A stretch of 54,479 bases of DNA, counting the filler, from Sphacelaria rigidula (taxonomy: Eukaryota), in NCBI GenBank assembly GCA_964200075.2. It is 5 parts of 5 records of this genome, joined end to end, with 100 filler letters (N's around TTAATTAATTAA, not from the genome) between each part and the next. Parts side by side here need not be neighbours in the genome. Positions count along the whole stretch, not along the records: positions 32,750 to 43,565 come from CAXNAA020005863.1; positions 43,666 to 54,479 come from CAXNAA020005864.1; 3 more parts are not named here. One strand, 5' to 3'. Shown piece after piece: positions 37,382 to 49,552 of this stretch; positions within the stretch are counted from its first letter, which is position 1; every line of letters starts with the position of its first letter. The notes under the pieces are model-generated. The model saw nothing but the letters and a program-made list of their open reading frames with translations. It had not been told where the DNA came from and searched no databases. The translations under genes were made by a program, and so were the position numbers.

Positions 37382-37483
37382 CTATGGTGACAACAGGCAC
37401 GGTGGAGACAGGGGGGGCAGAATGGGCTACGCTGGCCGCGATGGGCGCAACCGAGAGTACGACAGGCGCTCCGGCACTGGAAG
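37382..37483 (+). CDS. SERBP1: Stm1/SERBP1-like gene, exon 3 (YGDNRHGGDRGGRMGYAGRDGRNREYDRRSGTG)
   Basis: CTTCAG acceptor, AG|GTAAAG donor, phase 2/2; REYDRRSGTGR is the start of the HABP4_PAI-RBP1 motif; this frame is absent from the ORF track. Confidence 0.9.
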
Positions 37484-37742
37484 GTAAAGAGCGAAATGTC
37501 AAAATGTTGTCGAGGGTGGCACGTAGCAGTATTCCTGAGGAGTCATACCCCCAACACTCCAAATCAGCAACAGGGAGTAGGGGGGGATGAGCTCATGTGT
37601 GTGCGCCTACAACATGGAGTGCAAGTACTACGAAGAGCTGCTGTGCGCTACTGTGAGGTGTAGCCATGGGTTTACCCATGTTGACATGTAGGAGAAACGG
37701 CCTCACCGACTGCTATTACTTCGGGAGCTGCACAGACATCGT

Positions 37743-37845
37743 GTTGGTGACCATGTCAGCCATTGCAACATGCCCCTCTTCCTAGTTGGGCACAGTGAAT
37801 ACTAGAAAGAGGGACATGCATATTGCAATGGCTGGCAGGATCAAC
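37743..37845 (+). ncRNA. Intronic long hairpin, candidate pre-miRNA
   Basis: CAGCCATTGCAA-CATGCCCCTCTTCCTAGT pairs with ACTAGAAAGAGGGACATG-CATA-TTGCAATGGCTG, extended by basal pairing; no other copy seen in the window. Confidence 0.4.
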
Positions 37846-38358
37846 TAGACCCACTTTTATGCTGGGCACGACTGTAGTTTTGCGAGCATTGGGGGAGAAA
37901 ATATCGGGGAACTAACTCATTTTATGGACACATAATTGGACTAGATCAGGGGCGAAAAAATGGAGGAGTCACGATCTCGGAACGATTTCCGTCGATCTTC
38001 CGAAAAAATCCGGGGGAAATCGTCGCGAGATTGTAGCTCTCCGCGATTTTTTTGAGGTAACGTACGTGCAGTGACGTACAATGCCAGAGTGCGAGGTGTT
38101 TGATATTTTGCAAGGGCAGTAAAAGACAGCCTCGTGACAGAGCGGGGCGTGCTTCGTGCCAGCCGCTGAAGCAGCTTAGCACGGAGTTTGACGAGCGGAT
38201 AATGAATGCTGACGCCGTACCCACTCGAGGCCACTCCTCACAACAAACGATAATATTTTCTTGTACTTGGACCCGTGGGGGTATTTTTTTTTCTTGAAAC
38301 CGAAGTGAAATTATTTCTGTCTGCAAGGTAGTATCTGATTACTTGTGCCGCTCTAGAT

Positions 38359-38412
38359 CTTATCCCTAACGTGAGCCTTATCCCTAACGTAAACCTTATC
38401 CCTAAGCTTGAC
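38359..38412. repeat. 18-bp tandem repeat x3 containing CCCTAA
   Basis: CTTATCCCTAACGTGAGC / CTTATCCCTAACGTAAAC / CTTATCCCTAAGCTTGAC. Confidence 0.8.
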
Positions 38413-39676
38413 TCCTGAGCTTAACTCCGATGGCGTTCCGCACTAGCAGCCGTTAGAAGGAAAGTGCTGCTGCGGGCAACGGGGGTCAGCCGCCACATGG
38501 CGCCATAGAAGAGAAGATATTCAAGTCTCGGGAATCGTTGGACCCATATTGTATGAGAGGAGTCAGTCATGCTGCATAAGTTTGGTTTGTTCCTTGATCT
38601 GGGCTGAACCAATCACATGTGCAGTACCGACCGAGGATGAGCGGCCGGCGATAAGGCGAGCAAGGAGTGTTGCTGCAAAAAAATGTGTCACTTTTGTGGG
38701 TGTATCCGTTTACATAGATTTCTATCGACATCAACTTGCCAACTACTTTGTACAAGAGGTCTACACTATCTGCTGTATTGCACACATGTACTTCTGTCAC
38801 CCCCTCATTTTCAAAATGCCGTCCATCAACACCTGGACCCGCTTGGACTGTCAATATGACCTAAAAAAAGGTAACGCCGTACGTATTCTGTTTTTGCGAA
38901 GTCGAATCTAGCACCGAACTCTATGGTGTGAGCATGAAAGACCGACATCGAAGAGAAACGTGCTTCGGCTGTCCCACCCTGGGCCATAACGACCTATGTG
39001 CCCACCACAAAACAGTAGCGAAAGGCACTGAAAATCCCAGACGTGGTGATGAGTGTGGAGGACTACGTGGTCCCAGCACACGTCGCACCTGCTTCTGGGC
39101 AATGATGACGGTGGTAACCGCCTCATGGTTAAGGCCGAACGCGAGTCCGATATGTCATGGAAAAATGCGGAGATGTCAGAGAGAACTATGTTGATGCAAT
39201 AGACGACAGATCTCATGCTGTACGCGTTAAATATTTTTGGCAATGTAATCTCCTGTCCAGGGTGTGCGTTCTTTCACCCCTTTTTTTGTCCCGAGTATGC
39301 ACTTGCTCAGCCTCGCCAGCTATACGTGATGGCTCCTCCTCTTGTCTCGATTGTGAAAGCTACGGTAAACATAGAAAAGGTGAACACGAATTCATGTCAA
39401 GTTTGCCCCGGTTACGTCTGTCTCGTAGCTGCTTCATTATTCAACGTTGGGAGATGAAATCGATCAAGTCAATCAGTTCAGTAGCAGGGTGTATGTTCAA
39501 ACCCTTCTCTCTCTTGCAGTTCGCCGAATCCCATCTACCTCTGTCTCTGTGTGTCTTCCCATACTTTCAGTACAAGAGTATCGTCAAGCAGTCCTGTTCT
39601 CTCTTGACCGTTGTCCAATTATCTCGATCCCGCCCTTTCCTTTCTCCGCCTACCTGGTTGTTGTTCCTGTGTTCAG

Positions 39677-39836
39677 GGGCCGTGAGGTGAAGAAGAGTGG
39701 CGGTGGTGGGCGCAACTGGGGCAATGATGCCGCCGCTGATGTGGATAGCGCTGCTGCCGCGGCTGACTCCGCCGACCCCGAGGGCGGTGGATGGGGCACC
39801 GGTGCCGCAAATGGCAATGCTGATGCCTCTCACGAG
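39677..39836 (+). CDS. SERBP1: Stm1/SERBP1-like gene, exon 4 (GREVKKSGGGGRNWGNDAAAD...ASHE)
   Basis: GTTCAG acceptor, GAG|GTATTT donor, phase 2 to 0; KKxGxGxxNWG is the family signature. Confidence 0.9.
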
Positions 39837-39922
39837 GTATTTTTTTCGCGTTGTGAACCCCTTCCCTTCCTTCGTATGAGTTCGTGGTTTCAAAGCTCCA
39901 ACCCATCCTTCCCTTGGTACCC

Positions 39923-40150
39923 AGTGCTCCGTCTCGAAAGGGATGCGTGAAAAATGTTCAAAAGACCAGGGTAAGCAAGAAATGAGTCCCCCCTCCGTCC
40001 CGGTACACGCCTTGCAGTTTGGTTCCGAGAGTGGAGGTCAGCGCTTTCGCACCGAGTCAAGTCTCGTCGACATAGCCACTCAACCTTCGCACTCTTTTGT
40101 TCTAGATGTACACCCGCTTTTCGACGATGGAAAAGCAGATATTAACGGCA
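39923..40150 (-). mobile_element. Degenerate SINE family 2 copy in an intron
   Basis: TGCTCCGTCTCGAAAGGGATGCGTG... is the reverse complement of the family 3' end; the body resembles 14262-14400. Confidence 0.65.
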
Positions 40151-41765
40151 GTGCTGTCGCGTCTCCTGAGGTATTTTCGATTTGAACGATTGATTGATGG
40201 TTGCACTGTAAGTAATCTTCCGGTATCAAACCGTAATCACAGATGGACGTGTAGTGACCGAGATGAAAAAAAAAACTAGAAGGAAAACGCTTGCTAAAGA
40301 AGAGGGAAAGAAAACAGAGAGGTGAAATAGACGGAGTAGACTTGGAGGAAAGAAGGTAACAAAAATATAGCACGAACACAGAAGAAAATGCATGCTTGAT
40401 TTATTTTAATGCTCATCTCCTGACGTACCCAACCCCATTCCCGCAAGGGTGGGTTGTCTTGGCCATCCATTCATGAAGTCATTGCAGGAGAAATTGGTGC
40501 AAAGTCAGTAGATCATCGATTTTCGCCGAAGAGTCGAAAGTTTTTTTCTTGTGCACCAAGCGAATGTGATACATTTTTTGTCCTGGTTTACGTCTGTGAT
40601 GGTAACTGCTCTCGTATTTTCTAGTTCGGCATGCAAGTGTCGTGCTAGAGCAAAGTTGTGAGCTTTTGAAAAGTTTCAACTTGTCGGATATATACTTGAG
40701 CTCACGAAAGTTTGCAAACAAACGAAAGAGGATCCGTGCCCGAAAACACTCGTATATGTCATACATACATTCATGTGTGACCGTGTCTTCTACGTTGCTG
40801 ATGAGCTTTGTCCCCCAGTGCCGAATACCCGATTTCATAATGTTGGAAAAAAAGGAGAAGAAATGCCGCGGTAATGGAGAGGATGTCGATCGACTTTTTA
40901 TTTCCGGTTCCAAGTGTGGGGTGGGTAGGACCCCAATTCTGTTACGGGGCCTTGTTTGAGATACCAGCTGGGCCAGCCATTTTTGTTTTTGTCGGTAGTC
41001 GAGTGACGCGGTGCTCAACCGTCAGACCGCGAGCGTCGAATCGGAACAGTTCGATATGCCAGCGGAGGCCCATTATGTAGGAAGGCTGAAGAGGTTATCG
41101 AAGTAAAACACAGGTCGGACGAATCATCGCCGGTTCGAATCGCCAAAATCCAATTTTTTCAAGCCCGATCGCTGAACGGAAAGAAAGATGTTGACCCCTG
41201 ATCGAGAAGGTCTCCACGCAAAGTCTTCGCCATTCCACATGCCTGGGCTGCGTGTACCTGTGTTGCAACGCTGAAAACAAGCCCCAAGGATTGATTGGTA
41301 CACTACAAATCTAAAACTCTGAAATCAAGTAAATTCCAGACGAATCATCGATTCGTTCGATCGTGGAAGTTTTCCACAGGGCATGTTGAGCCAGGAACGA
41401 GGGGTCCGACAGGGGAGCGGAGTGACGATTTTGACTCACCGCGGCTGTCGAAATCGTCACTTGGTTCACCGGCTGATGATTTCTTGTCGCAGAATATGGT
41501 TTCGTGGTTGAGGTTATATATTATGTAATACATTCTTCTCTCCTTTTTCAGTCTGTTCTGATTAAAGGTAAGGTCAGGATTAGCCTTGGTTCAAGAGAAG
41601 AGATTTCCGAGAAATTTCTTGTCCGACCAAGTGGTACCCCCAGAAAACCGATGGTAGTCGGCACCGGAAGTACGATGGAAGACGCAGTGCACCCGTACGT
41701 ATCCTCGGCATCTTAGAGTCGTTATTGATGGTCCAATGTGTACTCTCCCCGCATCGCTCGAACAG

Positions 41766-41906
41766 GAAACTGGCTGGGACGCAAAGGACGCCGAGCCTCA
41801 AAGCTTCAACCCCGACGAGATTGGCCAAGACGAAGAAGGTGCTGAAGGAGCTGCTCCCGCCGACCTTCCCCCCCCTGAGCCGGTGCCGGAGCCCGAGCCG
41901 GAAGAG
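41766..41906 (+). CDS. SERBP1: Stm1/SERBP1-like gene, exon 5 (ETGWDAKDAEPQ...PEPEPEE); gene 3'-incomplete
   Basis: AACAG acceptor, GAG|GTGATT donor, phase 0/0; acidic linker; the expected TLxEY exon is not found before the contig end. Confidence 0.85.
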
Positions 41907-42269
41907 GTGATTTATTTCTGCTTCTCTCCCTCAGTTGTTCGAAGCGATCACTACGCAAGTCGCACGGGTCGTGACCTACCTCAAAATACTTCTTCAAGTT
42001 AGTTTTATACTCTACCCGACCTATTCGCGTAAGATTTTTTCCTGTGATACTAGCCCGTTCCTTATGGCAGGCAGAAATGAACATCTGGAGAGGAGGAAAC
42101 ATGTCGTTTCAAAGCCTTTTCATCATCTTACGCCCCAATGTAGAGCTACTGTAGACAGATTTGACATCGTCGAAAGCCCTGGTCTACTTGTCGAGACGGT
42201 TCCAGCACACCTGTACGTTTTTCTGGTGGCCGCACTTTTTGTGTTAGCCAATCATTCATGTTTTTCGTA

Positions 42270-42945
42270 GACCGGTTATTTTTTCCAAGACCGGTCAAGT
42301 CCAGACTAGTTCTTCTCTCTTCAGACGAGTTTTTCTGGACCTGAACGGAACGGTATCCGAGAAAAATGCGAGTCAGGCCAAAAAAGAACTGCGGCCAGAG
42401 CTGGTACGTACAGATTTCTTATAACCGCCTCTACTAGGAGAGCAAGTCATTCCAAGACGTTGAAAACCACACAGCTCTCTTTTAAGGCGTATAATGATGT
42501 GCAAGTTTCAAAACGGTATTTTTCCAAATCTCCACTATAAATATGAAAATATGCCTTTTTGGTGTTATTTGTCATTTTACACCCTGAAAAAGCGCTAGGC
42601 GGGTTTTGACACGTTGGAATGACTTGCTCTCATAGCTGAGGCGGTTCTGGGACATGTTCCGGTTTCCGGTGGCCGTAGTTCTCATTTTGGCTGAAAAAGA
42701 ATTCTTGCTGAAGGACGGTCAGGTCCAGAGAAGGGTAGAGATTTCTTGTAGATTTGACTGTTTTCGACCGTGCGGCCGCTAGAGATGTGCTGGCTAGAGA
42801 TGTGATGAAACGGTTCAAGTAGTGGAGCAAGACATCCCGAGGTGTCAAACTCCACCTAGCTCCCTTTCAGGGCGTAAAACGACGTTGAAGCTCCCAGAAG
42901 GCACTTTCACAGATTTGTATTGTTGTCTGTAATAAGGCGCGGCTT
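42270..42945. mobile_element. Rearranged relative of the 26496-27487 foldback element, intronic
   Basis: Shares AGACCGGTCAAGTCCAGA, GAGCAAGTCATTCCAAG, CTAGGCGG..TTTGACAC and GGCGTAAAACGACGT modules in both orientations. Confidence 0.7.
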
Positions 42946-43497
42946 GAAGTGTGATCTTTGAGACACATTCAGGGTCTAGCTGGGTATTCCCATTTTCCCC
43001 TGTGCGTTGTGGTTTGCTGCGCTTGGATTACACGTGTTGTTAGGGCCTGTCTTGGCACTTTTTTTCGAAAAAGTGCGGTCGAAATTGTTTTGGCCGATCT
43101 CATAGGTCCACCGCATGTATCTTCCTTGAAGGCTTCAGCTCAAAATCATCATCAGCGACGCGCGCAGAAGGATGCAGCGAGGGAAAAAACAATCGTTTTC
43201 GATCAACGACATGCAGTCGAAAGCCACGAAGCGGCACTTGACTCTTATCTTACAGACCACCACGCCAACTAATACCTGTTCACAGGACCATGCAAACTCC
43301 ATCCAACTCATTCTCAGTTACCACCGCAACCCTGCAGCATAGATCACGAGTTGAGCACGGGGATAGATACACTACAGTAGTCGGGTGTGCTTTATTTATT
43401 TTCTGTTAGCGAAAACTTGCGCATATTCTCTCACGGTGGGAGCTGGGCCAGCCGAGAAGCGATTCTGCAGTTTGCAGGCCGATTATACGGTCAATAC

Positions 43498-43544
<47 letters not shown>

Positions 43545-43565
43545 GACTTCACATTAAAAGCCGTT
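43498..43565 (-). mobile_element. (CAA)n-tailed retroelement 3' end, cut by the contig end
   Basis: (GTT)n-GACTTCACATTAAAAGCCGTT matches 20392-20460. Confidence 0.7.
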
Positions 43566-43665
43566 NNNNNNNNNNNNNNNNNNNNNNNNNNNNNNNNNNN
43601 NNNNNNNNNTTAATTAATTAANNNNNNNNNNNNNNNNNNNNNNNNNNNNNNNNNNNNNNNNNNNN
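43566..43665. other. Artificial contig linker
   Basis: 44 N + TTAATTAATTAA + 44 N. Confidence 0.98.
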
Positions 43666-43760
43666 GCGTCATGCGAGGCGGGCTGCCGGGTGCCCGTACT
43701 CATTTGTTGCTTGCCTTAGTCGTTTGACCATTGACCACGCATCCCTTTCGAGACGGAGCA
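43666..43760 (+). mobile_element. SINE family 2 3' end abutting copia pol
   Basis: GTACTCATTTGTTGCTTGCCTTAGTCGTTTGACCATTGACCACGCATCCCTTTCGAGACGGAGCA. Confidence 0.75.
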
Positions 43761-44357
43761 CGACAATCACATGACTCATATGAAAGACACTGGGGAGGGG
43801 TGTTGAAAGTTCTGGCGTACCTCAACACGACCAGAAACTATGGTCTGACTTTTAGTTCAGGGGAGAGTAGGCTCACAGTCTATTGCGACGCTGATTATAC
43901 CAAGAAAGATACAGACCGGCGGTCAGTGTCCGGAGAAGCTGTCATGAACGGGAGGATAGCAGTATCAAGTACTGGTCGAACGCAACACTGCGTTACCCTG
44001 TCAACCACCGAAGCCGAGGACGTAGCTATGGCGGAAGGGGCGAAGGAATGCATGTTTGTCAGGTCGGTACTGTCTTTCCTACGACCAAAAGGTCGTGTTG
44101 GGACGACAAGTAGAGTACGATACTGTTCTCTATGAAGACACTGAGGGGGCTTTAGCCGACAACCCTTTCAGCTCAGGTCGAAGTAAGCACATCGACGTGA
44201 GGTGGCATTTCATTAGGGAGTTGGTAGGACGGGAGTAGTAAGGATTGTTCATGTGGATTCGGAGTGGCAACACGCCGATATCCTTACAAAGCCGCTCCCA
44301 TTCACGCTGTTCAACAGGCACCGTCGCGCCTTGATGAACACTGGGGACAGCGAGTAG
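43758..44357 (+). pseudogene. Ty1/copia pol C-terminus (end of RT plus RNase H), frameshifted with stops
   Basis: HW..VLKVLAYL, YCDADY, DRRSVSG, TLSTTEAE, LYED, RSKHIDVRWHFIRE, QHADILTKPL. Confidence 0.95.
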
Positions 44358-44665
44358 ACACATATTTTGTTTCGTGTTTGTCTTTCGATTTGTCAGCTCT
44401 AGATGTTTCAGGTCATGGTTTCCGTAATGCATCTGGGCTTACATCGGGTGACGCCGCTCACGCTACTTTGTGGGGCATGGATTTATAGGGCGTTTCCCGT
44501 TGTTGAGTGCAGGTGCCCTGGCCTGGGCTTCTGCGAAAAAGGGCTGTTTGTTTTGAGCACAAGCGGTGGAATTCGTGTGATGGGGGTTTTTGCTCGGAAG
44601 GCCGAGTTTCCTCCTTATTTTTTAATTTTTATTTCTTGAAGCTTTGAGTGCTGAGGTATCCGATC

Positions 44666-44673
44666 AGGGGGAG
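44666..44673 (+). other. Polypurine tract of the copia element
   Basis: AGGGGGAG immediately before TGTT. Confidence 0.8.
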
Positions 44674-45097
44674 TGTTCGAGTGATTCAGATACCCAATAA
44701 TGCTGGAATCTACGTAGGACCGGGGGTCGGGGTGACGTACGAGTACCGATAGTCAAGTGTGTGCAAATGTGGTATAGCACGGCTGAGAGCAGCGGGGCAG
44801 TCCGCCTCCCTTGATCATTCTCATTCATCTACCTCCATCTCATCAGCACTCTCTCAAGTTACAGCAGAACTTGGGTGCTCTTCAATAAAAGATCTGAAAC
44901 CATTACCCTGTGCCTGAGCCAAGGAATACGGTGGGACGGTGACTGCGCGGCTCACCTCCGCGTAAGATTCTGCCCTTGCTGCTGCATGAGGAAAGACGAT
45001 CTTCGGAGATGAACACGTCAGCTCAATGCCCTTATATCGCCTGTCTGCTTTTGAGGCACCAACCCAGGATGAGAGCTTCAGTACAGCACCCACAACA
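44674..45097 (+). mobile_element. 3' LTR of the copia element (~424 bp)
   Basis: TGTT...AACA termini after the PPT, internal AATAAA; the right boundary is inferred because no 5' LTR is present for comparison. Confidence 0.65.
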
Positions 45098-48000
45098 TGC
45101 GGTATTGAACCGACGGTACCGAAACTGGCCTGTCCAGGGCCTGTCCTTTATTTCATGTTTATCCGCCACACGGTGCACTGTTTAAATAAACGATATCACC
45201 ACAACGGAAAAACGAGTGGCAACTCCAGCAGCTGGATCTCGTGAGATCCTGACTTCTCCTTCTCCCGCTATTGGGCACGGCACGTACTGCACAGTGCTCT
45301 CGACTTTAGTAACGTGCTGTAGACAGGGCTTGGCAGCTCGGTAACTACACAAGCATAATACTCAGGTTCATGCGTCTAATGCTGAGCTTGCATGTTCCTC
45401 CGGATTTGAACCTCTCCACCGAACTACGTCAAAGTTCTGATTCAGTGAGGGTTCTCTACTGAACTGAACCAGAGATTTTTTAAAGATCCGGCACCGCGTA
45501 CCCCGTCTGTCTTGTATGAAAGACCTATCCAAAAAGTTAGTAAGGCAGCCAAAGAGCGATAAATGAGGTAGTGGTCTTCAATAAAAGAGAAATTTTGCTA
45601 CTACTTCCGCGAAGTCTTTACAGGTAGTATAGGGCGCGCGCGACAAAATGTGAAGAAAGCTCAAGATCCGTAATCATAGTATGATCAATCAGCCTGACAA
45701 ATCTTTTAGCGGGGTAACTCATCGCCCTCTGCACGTTAGCGGTAACCGTCATTTTCTCGTTGACGCCCAAGCGCTTACAGCAACAAACTGAGAGCACTGG
45801 GACCGACCTGTACTGTAGCATAGCCTACCTGAAAGCTGTGCAAATGGTACGATATTCACAATCGCCTTTTGGTCTAAAATCAAATTTGGGGTTTGGCGAC
45901 CATCGGGAGGGGAGATAACCCAGCTTCCTCGCATCGACAGGTGAGCTGCGGGGAGAGGTTATGTGCACAGCACCCTCTAGTACAGGTCGGTAGTACGAGC
46001 ACAGAGAGAGACTCTGGACATATTCTGCATGTACGCACTATCAAGGTCTGTAGGGTATGTATTTGATTCGTTCCATGTTCGCTATGAATGGCGGCTTGAT
46101 CGCCTGCGTTGAATAGTTTCTGGTGGGGTACTACTACTCATCGCAAAGGGAGATTATTTCAGGCGCTGGGCCGCTGGGGTCGATGTCTCGCAATGCATCT
46201 GGCAAGACAGTTTGCAATTCCGACAGGTCGGTTACCAGCATAGAGTAGGTTTTCAATTAGTTGCCACACCGCACCGTCTGGGGTCTGCCAAACAAGTAGC
46301 ACGCATATGGTACAAGTGCATCCACGTAACTACAATACAGCTGTCCAAGTGCTACTACAATAGGTTTCCGGCTTCCGAGAAGAAGGGTTGTTTATTTGCA
46401 GTGGTGCTTCAGTGGTAGTCGGCTAGCATTACTGCGCGTTGCTTGGAGTGCCGACAGAAGGTAGGTACTCGAAATGTTGTGCTGTAAGGTCAGTATTGTA
46501 GAACGGCACAGGCGCTGTTGCCGAGTACTGCCATCATTTACATGTGACATGAATACACGACAGCGCGTATGCCTTGACTTACCTTCTGCTGGCGTGAGCC
46601 GCTGGCTTGAGTGCACCGCACGTACGTGCTATCCATCAGACGCAACTTCATAAGTTCTACACGCGTGTGGGGGATGCCGACAACGCTAGTCGAGACAGGT
46701 TAGAAAACCAGTGAGGGGCAAGGACAAGTACGATATACCTACTCGTGACAGTTGACGTCAAAGGAGACTTCTGAGCCGCGCTGCCATGAGTTGTCACGAG
46801 TTTACACTCGCTCATCGGCTCCGTACAACATTACGGATGCTATGCTAGCGGTTGGTGCATGTCATCCCATGATTGGTTTGCATTTGCGGCAAGCGGGCCA
46901 ATCAATGATCAAGAGGCACATCCAGTGAGGCCAGTTTACCGGCGTTGGGATACAAATGTTCATGGTTGACACAATTTCACAAGTATCGCCACCCCTAACC
47001 CTAACCCCAACCCAACGCATACCGAGAACCCTCGGCCAACGGCGGTATATACATTCCCTAAGCAAAGTGCGGCCTTGGTATACCCCAAATCGGCGCCTGT
47101 GGCGACGATTTAAACGAAATCGCGTTTTGCGCACACGAGGAGCACACGGGACTGTCAGCCCCATCGTTGTTGACAATCAAATCAAGTAATATCAACCGTG
47201 AACATTTGTAGCCCAATGCCGGTAAATTCGACTGCATGCAGTGCATCGACTGCTGGGAATTTCAATTCGACGGAAGAGAAAACAAGCAAATTGCGGGCTG
47301 TTGTTGGGGAAGAACACCTCAGGTGGTTGACCTCACAAGTTTGTTATTAACGCTGTACCGGAGTGCGTGCTCAAATTTCGCATCATACAGGATACTCGAG
47401 GTAAATCAGAGCGAAGTACCCTCTCCTGCTCTTTACTTTCGGGAGATTCGATGAACCAAGAGAACATCGTTGCGGCTGCAGTTCCGAAGTTTCAAATGAC
47501 GTGAGCTGTTGTTGAAATATAGCCCACCCGCTTACAAACAGACGTCGGCCACCTGGTGGGATTCAGCGCTGTGGTTGGTCGTTCAAAATCTCAAAAATAG
47601 AATTCATACACGTATATACGACGTTTGTTTGTAGGCGTATAGCCGGGCCCCGCGGCCGCATCAAGTTATATATAGAATAGTACACTCGACTGCTGTGCCC
47701 GATGACACCAAAGTCAGAAAACCGCATCTTGTAGGCGCTGCCCATATCCAAATGATTTCATTTGATGAAACACACCACGCAAAACACACCATCACTGATC
47801 GAGAACACGACGACGCAGGTAATCCCGAAATAGATTAAATGTTAATGGCGAGAACAAGTGAGCTTCAAAAGTCAGCTTGCACACGAGTCAGGGGTTAGTA
47901 TTCGGATACTGTACTTTATTGCTGTATTTCCTTCGATATGTAGCTCCAGTGATTGACCTCACGCGTGAATCAACACTGCTCACCGCATCTCGAGACCGCA

Positions 48001-48116
48001 AGTAGAATTACTACATCAGAGCTCCCTATCATGTCCGGTATCTTGTCATACTATAGTTTGGTATTGCGCTTTTGCTCATGCAAGTGCTGCCACCACTGTG
48101 GAGACAGTCGTCGAGT

Positions 48117-48268
48117 TAGGGCCTTTATCACCGGGCGTTAGTTTTCATCCATTTCCCCCGAATTCCACCCACTTCCCCCCATTTTCTCCCATTTTCATCA
48201 TGAAATGGATGAAAATGGGAGAAAATGGATGAAAGCGTGAAAAATAAAACCCGTTGCTAAGGGCCATT
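48117..48268. mobile_element. Small palindromic MITE, hAT-like ends
   Basis: GGCCTTTATCACCGGG / CCCGTTGCTAAGGGCC ends; perfect internal 21-bp inverted repeat at 48179-48199 / 48208-48228. Confidence 0.6.
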
Positions 48269-49552
48269 GGTAGTACCCACAGCGCCTACCACACAGGACC
48301 GCTAGGTCGGCCTTTCGTGTGTGAGGTATGACATCTCTAGTGAACCACAGAAAAATTGAAAAGTGCGTGTTGACAATGCTGAACTGCTCTTCCGTAGGAA
48401 CTTGATCAGAACACCACAAGAGAAGGGCATGGAGGCAGCGCACGACAGGTCGCATGGAAAGATCGCGAGGGAACGTGCATGTGTTGTTTGTACGCAGCTC
48501 ACTCGATATGTGGCAGCGTTGCACAGGTTGGCAGGGTGTAACCTTGTCAAATATCTTTGCGAGGGACACATCGCGGCGAAATCGTCTCTAAGCGCGCCGA
48601 AGTTCGGTATTTCTACCATCACGCCGCAAATGACAGCTTTGCAGCAAAGATTTTGTAACGATTTATCGACCGGCACATCGACAGCACTACAGTCGTCGAA
48701 ATTACCGTGTCAACCCAGCTTCAGTAACCCGACGGGTCCTGGACGTATTTCGCACGCAAGAAAAATATTGCAATTGCCCCCCCCCCTACCCCCACCCCCC
48801 CAATCCCCCTCCCTTGTCATCCGCCTTTGAAGCACTCATCGTGGTTCGATGCACAGTAATTTATGCGCAGGGCACATTGAAAGCCCCGGCGAGATATGGT
48901 TAGCCCAGCGCTGTATTCGTTGAAGAAGCAAAATAGGGCCATAAGTGATGCGCTGTGACACCTCGTAGCTGTCAAACTGTTTTTCAAAGAACAGCACACC
49001 CTGAGAATCAATGGCACTTCCGTTCGATGATGCAAATGTCAACTTTCAATGCCGCGGTGACCTCGCCGTGTCCTCGAGCAATCCACAGCTTTTAGCTGTC
49101 TGTCTCGGGGGTATGAAGGAACGCTATTCCGTCACTCATGACATGGTTGAGTGTTTTATGTCGACTGCAGTACCTCCTTTAACGACGATGCAATCCACCA
49201 ACTTGTTGCACTTCCGGTTTCCTCTCAGCTAAAATCTTGGTGTGAACGGCAACAGCTTCAGCACGAATCTAACGAGAAATTGAAGACTAGTGTTGATCGA
49301 TAGAAATGCTTGGATAAAGGAATGTAAAATATCGTCGAGACAAGTGCTGGGCAGGCCATAAACCTCGCCAAACAGGCATGGACAATGAAACTATTGCCAT
49401 GTTATATGGCGATTGCAATGCTCCTCGGACGTTTCGCTGGGCGGCTCTTTTTGTTCCCTCTCATGTTGATGGCAATTTAGTTGCACCGCAAAATGTTCTC
49501 GGCAGAGTTACCTCTGGACGGTATCGCTAAAACACTCCGACATTTTACGCAG

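Noticed and set aside
36745..39160. C/D-box snoRNAs in SERBP1-like introns (ATGATGA at ~36748 and ~39102, GTGATGA at ~39046)
   Set aside because: No suitably placed CTGA D box or terminal stem found
48300..49480. Coding-like degenerate region on either strand
   Set aside because: Multiple stops and no motif I can identify; needs a profile search
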